Shown one piece after another: positions 61,976 through 64,000 of a stretch of DNA of 64,000 bases (within the stretch, counting starts at the first letter, position 1; each line of letters begins with the position of its first letter). Source of the DNA: Podospora anserina (Eukaryota); assembly GCA_017654855.1 (NCBI GenBank), contig CM030333.1:1054001-1118000 (forward strand), given 5' to 3'. The position numbers and the translations under genes are program-made. Below the pieces are notes generated by a model, which was not told the origin of the DNA, searched no databases, and saw nothing but the letters and a program-made list of their open reading frames with translations.

Positions 61976-63546
61976 ATGCGCCACACGCTCCGGCGGTCGT
62001 GCTCTGCATGCGCAAAGTCCAAACACAGCTGTGATCTTGGCACTCCCCGCTGCTCCCGCTGTGTCAAACGCAAGGTCCAGTGTTTGTATGCAAATGAACC
62101 CTTGACTGCCCCTCAAAAGAAGACAATCATCCTCCCCCTTGGCACCAGGTTCTCGTCTGTTGATCCTTTCGAGTCCTACCCGCAGACCAGACTGCCCCGA
62201 GGCCACGTCCAGCGTCTCATTCACAGCTTTCTCCACAAGATTGCCTTTCAATACTACCCTCTGGATCTCAGCCCAACCTCGAACCCCTTTCTGGTGTCTT
62301 GGTGGCCCCAAGCGCTCGGTGATCCAGCCCTGTTTCACGTCTCACTACAGACGGCATGCCTCGACGAGGAGCTGCTGGCCCAGAGGGGGTTTCAGGCTTC
62401 GACGGTGCTCATGGCTGATTCAGTGGCATTGCTGCGCCGAAAGGTCGAAGACTCGGCTCTTGCAGTCCAAGACGGGACCATGAACTCTGTTATCACGCTG
62501 GCGGCTATCGAGGTGAGCCATTGCCATCACTTGTATGGGCCTATTGGCTAATTGCCCTGGCCAGTTTGGGAAAGGCAACACGAGGGTTAGTGAGATGCAT
62601 GTGGCTGGAGTCAAGAGACTGGTCGACCTACGAGGCGGCATCAGCTTTGTAAGGCGAACGAGTCCACTTACAGCGAGGATGGTCAGTTGGTGAGTTTTTC
62701 TCTTCATCACCCACAGCACATCGTACCTCTAACTCTGCCAGGGTATCACTGCTCGTCATGGGCCATCCACAATTCGACACTCAAGACGACGCCGGCATTG
62801 GAGACGGCATACCTCCAATACCAGAATGGCGGCTGGACTTGCCCATTCTCGAGGACCAACTTGGCAACCTCAATATCGACCATCCCGTCAAGAACGTTCT
62901 CACACGCCTTCGCTGCGTTTTTGAACGGGCACAATCCGCCCCATTCCCCAACACACGACTGCACGACCTCACATGCTTTGCAGTACACCGTCTCTTGCTC
63001 ACCGCCGCTGGGGCCCATGTATCATCGCCCGCGACCGAGTGCATCCGTTACGGCATTGTTCTCTACATGTTCATCATCCAGGGGCCAACCTACTTCTCCC
63101 ACGCCGCGCTCATGAACAAACTAGTCACCAACCTGAGGCAACACCTCGAGCAGCAGCAATTCGAGTTCGCAGCACACCAAGACGTCAACGTCTGGCTTGC
63201 CGCAGTCGGGCTGGTAGCCTCCGCCAACAACACGGCTCACTACGAGTGGTTCGCCGAACGAGCACGGGCGGCATCAGCTTCGTTGCAATTACGCAGCTGG
63301 ACCGACACACTATCTTGCATCAAGAGGGTGCTCTGGCTCGAGAGGGTACACAGCGAAGGCATTTTCCGACCACATTGGGACATGTTTTTTATATCAAGCC
63401 ACAATGACGTGACCACTACAGATATCAGCCAGCCGACAACGCCCCGTTCACTAGTAGCGATACGGTCACTGCCAAGGGGATCACCGCCAGGGAAAAAGCA
63501 GAGCGGTGTTGTGACTAGCAGTATGGATGTCATAGGTTTTGGGTAG
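61976..63546 (+). CDS. Zn(II)2Cys6 fungal transcription factor (488 aa); introns 62513-62564, 62690-62741
   Basis: CSACAKSKHSCDLGTPRCSRCVKRKVQC cluster; fungal TF middle region (DPALFH, HVAGVKRLVDLRGG); in-frame splicing. Confidence 0.9.
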
Positions 63547-63725
63547 ACATTTGGGCTTTAATGAAGAGAAAAAAAAAAAACCGTATGACCCTACTACTAG
63601 TTTCATGCTGCTTGAAAAAACTTTAAATTTGACATATGTAGGATAAGGTAATATCTATCTAGTGGTATCCCTATATCGATCAGTTGTTTTGAAAACCCCT
63701 CACCACGCACCCCCCAATCCCATTT

Positions 63726-64000
63726 TCAACCAGACGCCAGCGGCACCCTACTCGCCCTACTACCATCCCCCATCTCAACCTCCCACCTCCCTTCCTTCTC
63801 TCCCCTAACCCTAACCACGACCTCCACATCCCGCTTGGGATTTAAAACAGTAACCGGATCAGCAAACTCCAACTCCGGCTTCTCCTCCCACTCTGTCCCC
63901 TCAGCAGGGTGGATATCAGTCCTGACAACCAGCATAGCCACCAAAATCAATATCTCCGTCGCGGCGAACTGCCTCGCAGGACAGAGATGCGGCGGGGCGC
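63726..64000 (-). CDS. Cytochrome P450, 3' part only (continues beyond the window)
   Basis: The frame reads APPHLCPARQFAATEILILVAMLVVRTDI..., a heme-Cys motif plus L-helix, open to the window edge. Confidence 0.8.
   Translation of the reverse strand, partial: APPHLCPARQFAATEILILVAMLVVRTDIHPAEGTEWEEKPELEFADPVTVLNPKRDVEVVVRVRGEKEGRWEVEMGDGSRASRVPLASG

Overview
Intron-containing, gene-dense DNA from a filamentous ascomycete. The gene content, short GT-AG introns with CTRAC-type branch points and poly-C/poly-G coding stretches suggest Sordariales, Podospora-like (inference). After ~7 kb with no convincing gene, I can build frame-consistent models for about 20 protein genes plus one partial gene. 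In order: a small His/Arg-rich protein, neutral ceramidase, SPF27/BCAS2 (largely missed by the ORF track), the PKA regulatory subunit, CDC50/LEM3, SPT16, a MEIOB-like OB-fold protein, a 4CL-like acyl-CoA ligase, a GH55 glucanase, a Nup2/Nup152-type nucleoporin, SCP2, Nup85, Boi1/Pob1, dienoyl-CoA isomerase, TFB5, a GPI-type protein, a PPPY single-TM protein, an MFS transporter, an ERG5/CYP61-type P450, a Zn2Cys6 factor and the 3' end of another P450. There are two tRNA genes (Tyr-GTA with intron, Ser-AGA). The best leads: (1) two unannotated inverted-repeat elements with RIP-like transitions, one a TA-flanked Fot1/pogo-type MITE; (2) a variant CYP61 head-to-head with a Zn2Cys6 factor and next to a second P450; (3) FarA/B-type CCTCGG sites in front of all three peroxisome-type lipid genes, one of which ends in SKL-A; (4) abrupt C-rich/G-rich skew blocks inside coding regions; (5) a possibly structured 5'UTR intron of TFB5. 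All product names come from recalled motifs, not database searches. I found no unambiguous novel system.
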